A stretch of DNA of 64,000 nucleotides, taken from Camelus ferus. Its lineage: Eukaryota. Position numbers and translations under genes: made by a program. The notes beneath the pieces are model-generated. The model was not told the origin of the DNA, searched no databases, and worked only from the letters and a program-made list of their open reading frames with translations. Of this stretch, positions 63,881 through 64,000 are shown piece after piece (position 1 is the stretch's first letter; every line of letters begins with the position of its first letter). The stretch spans positions 84,508,001 to 84,572,000 of the forward strand of contig NC_045697.1 of assembly GCF_009834535.1 (NCBI RefSeq), in the 5' to 3' direction.

Positions 63881-64000
63881 CTATGTTCTTCAGTGAATTT
63901 TTAATTGCTACATATTTTAATTTTTATTTCCCCCCTTATTTTTTGTATCTATGTTTAGGTACTGTTCTGGTTTCTTTTGGCTATTACTTGGTTTGAATAT

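Noticed and set aside
1..64000. Host gene identity or a novel multi-gene system
   Set aside because: No CpG island, chain of coding exons or recognisable RNA gene was found; the locus cannot be named without alignment.

Overview
This is AT-rich, CpG-poor mammalian non-coding DNA (intronic or intergenic). It is probably from a camelid, judged from a tRNA-derived SINE resembling Vic-1 at ~45.2 kb and from camelid-type L1 3' ends. I find no supportable protein-coding gene, RNA gene or novel biological system. The ORF track hits are L1 ORF2 remnants, transposase remnants, antisense repeat sequence or chance ORFs. The window is densely populated by transposable-element relics: L1, L2, MIR, MaLR/ERVL/ERV1 solo LTRs, and hAT-Charlie, hAT-Blackjack and Tigger MITEs. 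The most notable observations are: (1) a 5'-truncated, polyadenylated retrocopy of an unidentified 3'UTR inserted at an L1-endonuclease site inside a Charlie1-type element, itself nested in a transposase relic; (2) a probable chimeric L1 with an associated ~400-bp deletion; (3) an L1 with a twin-priming 5' inversion; (4) two stacks of Charlie MITEs reusing one target site; (5) a young L1 stub with a perfect 22-bp flanking duplication; (6) a strong CTCF motif; (7) a few weak exon and enhancer candidates. Repeat family names come from remembered consensus sequences, and boundaries are approximate unless a TSD or TIR is quoted.
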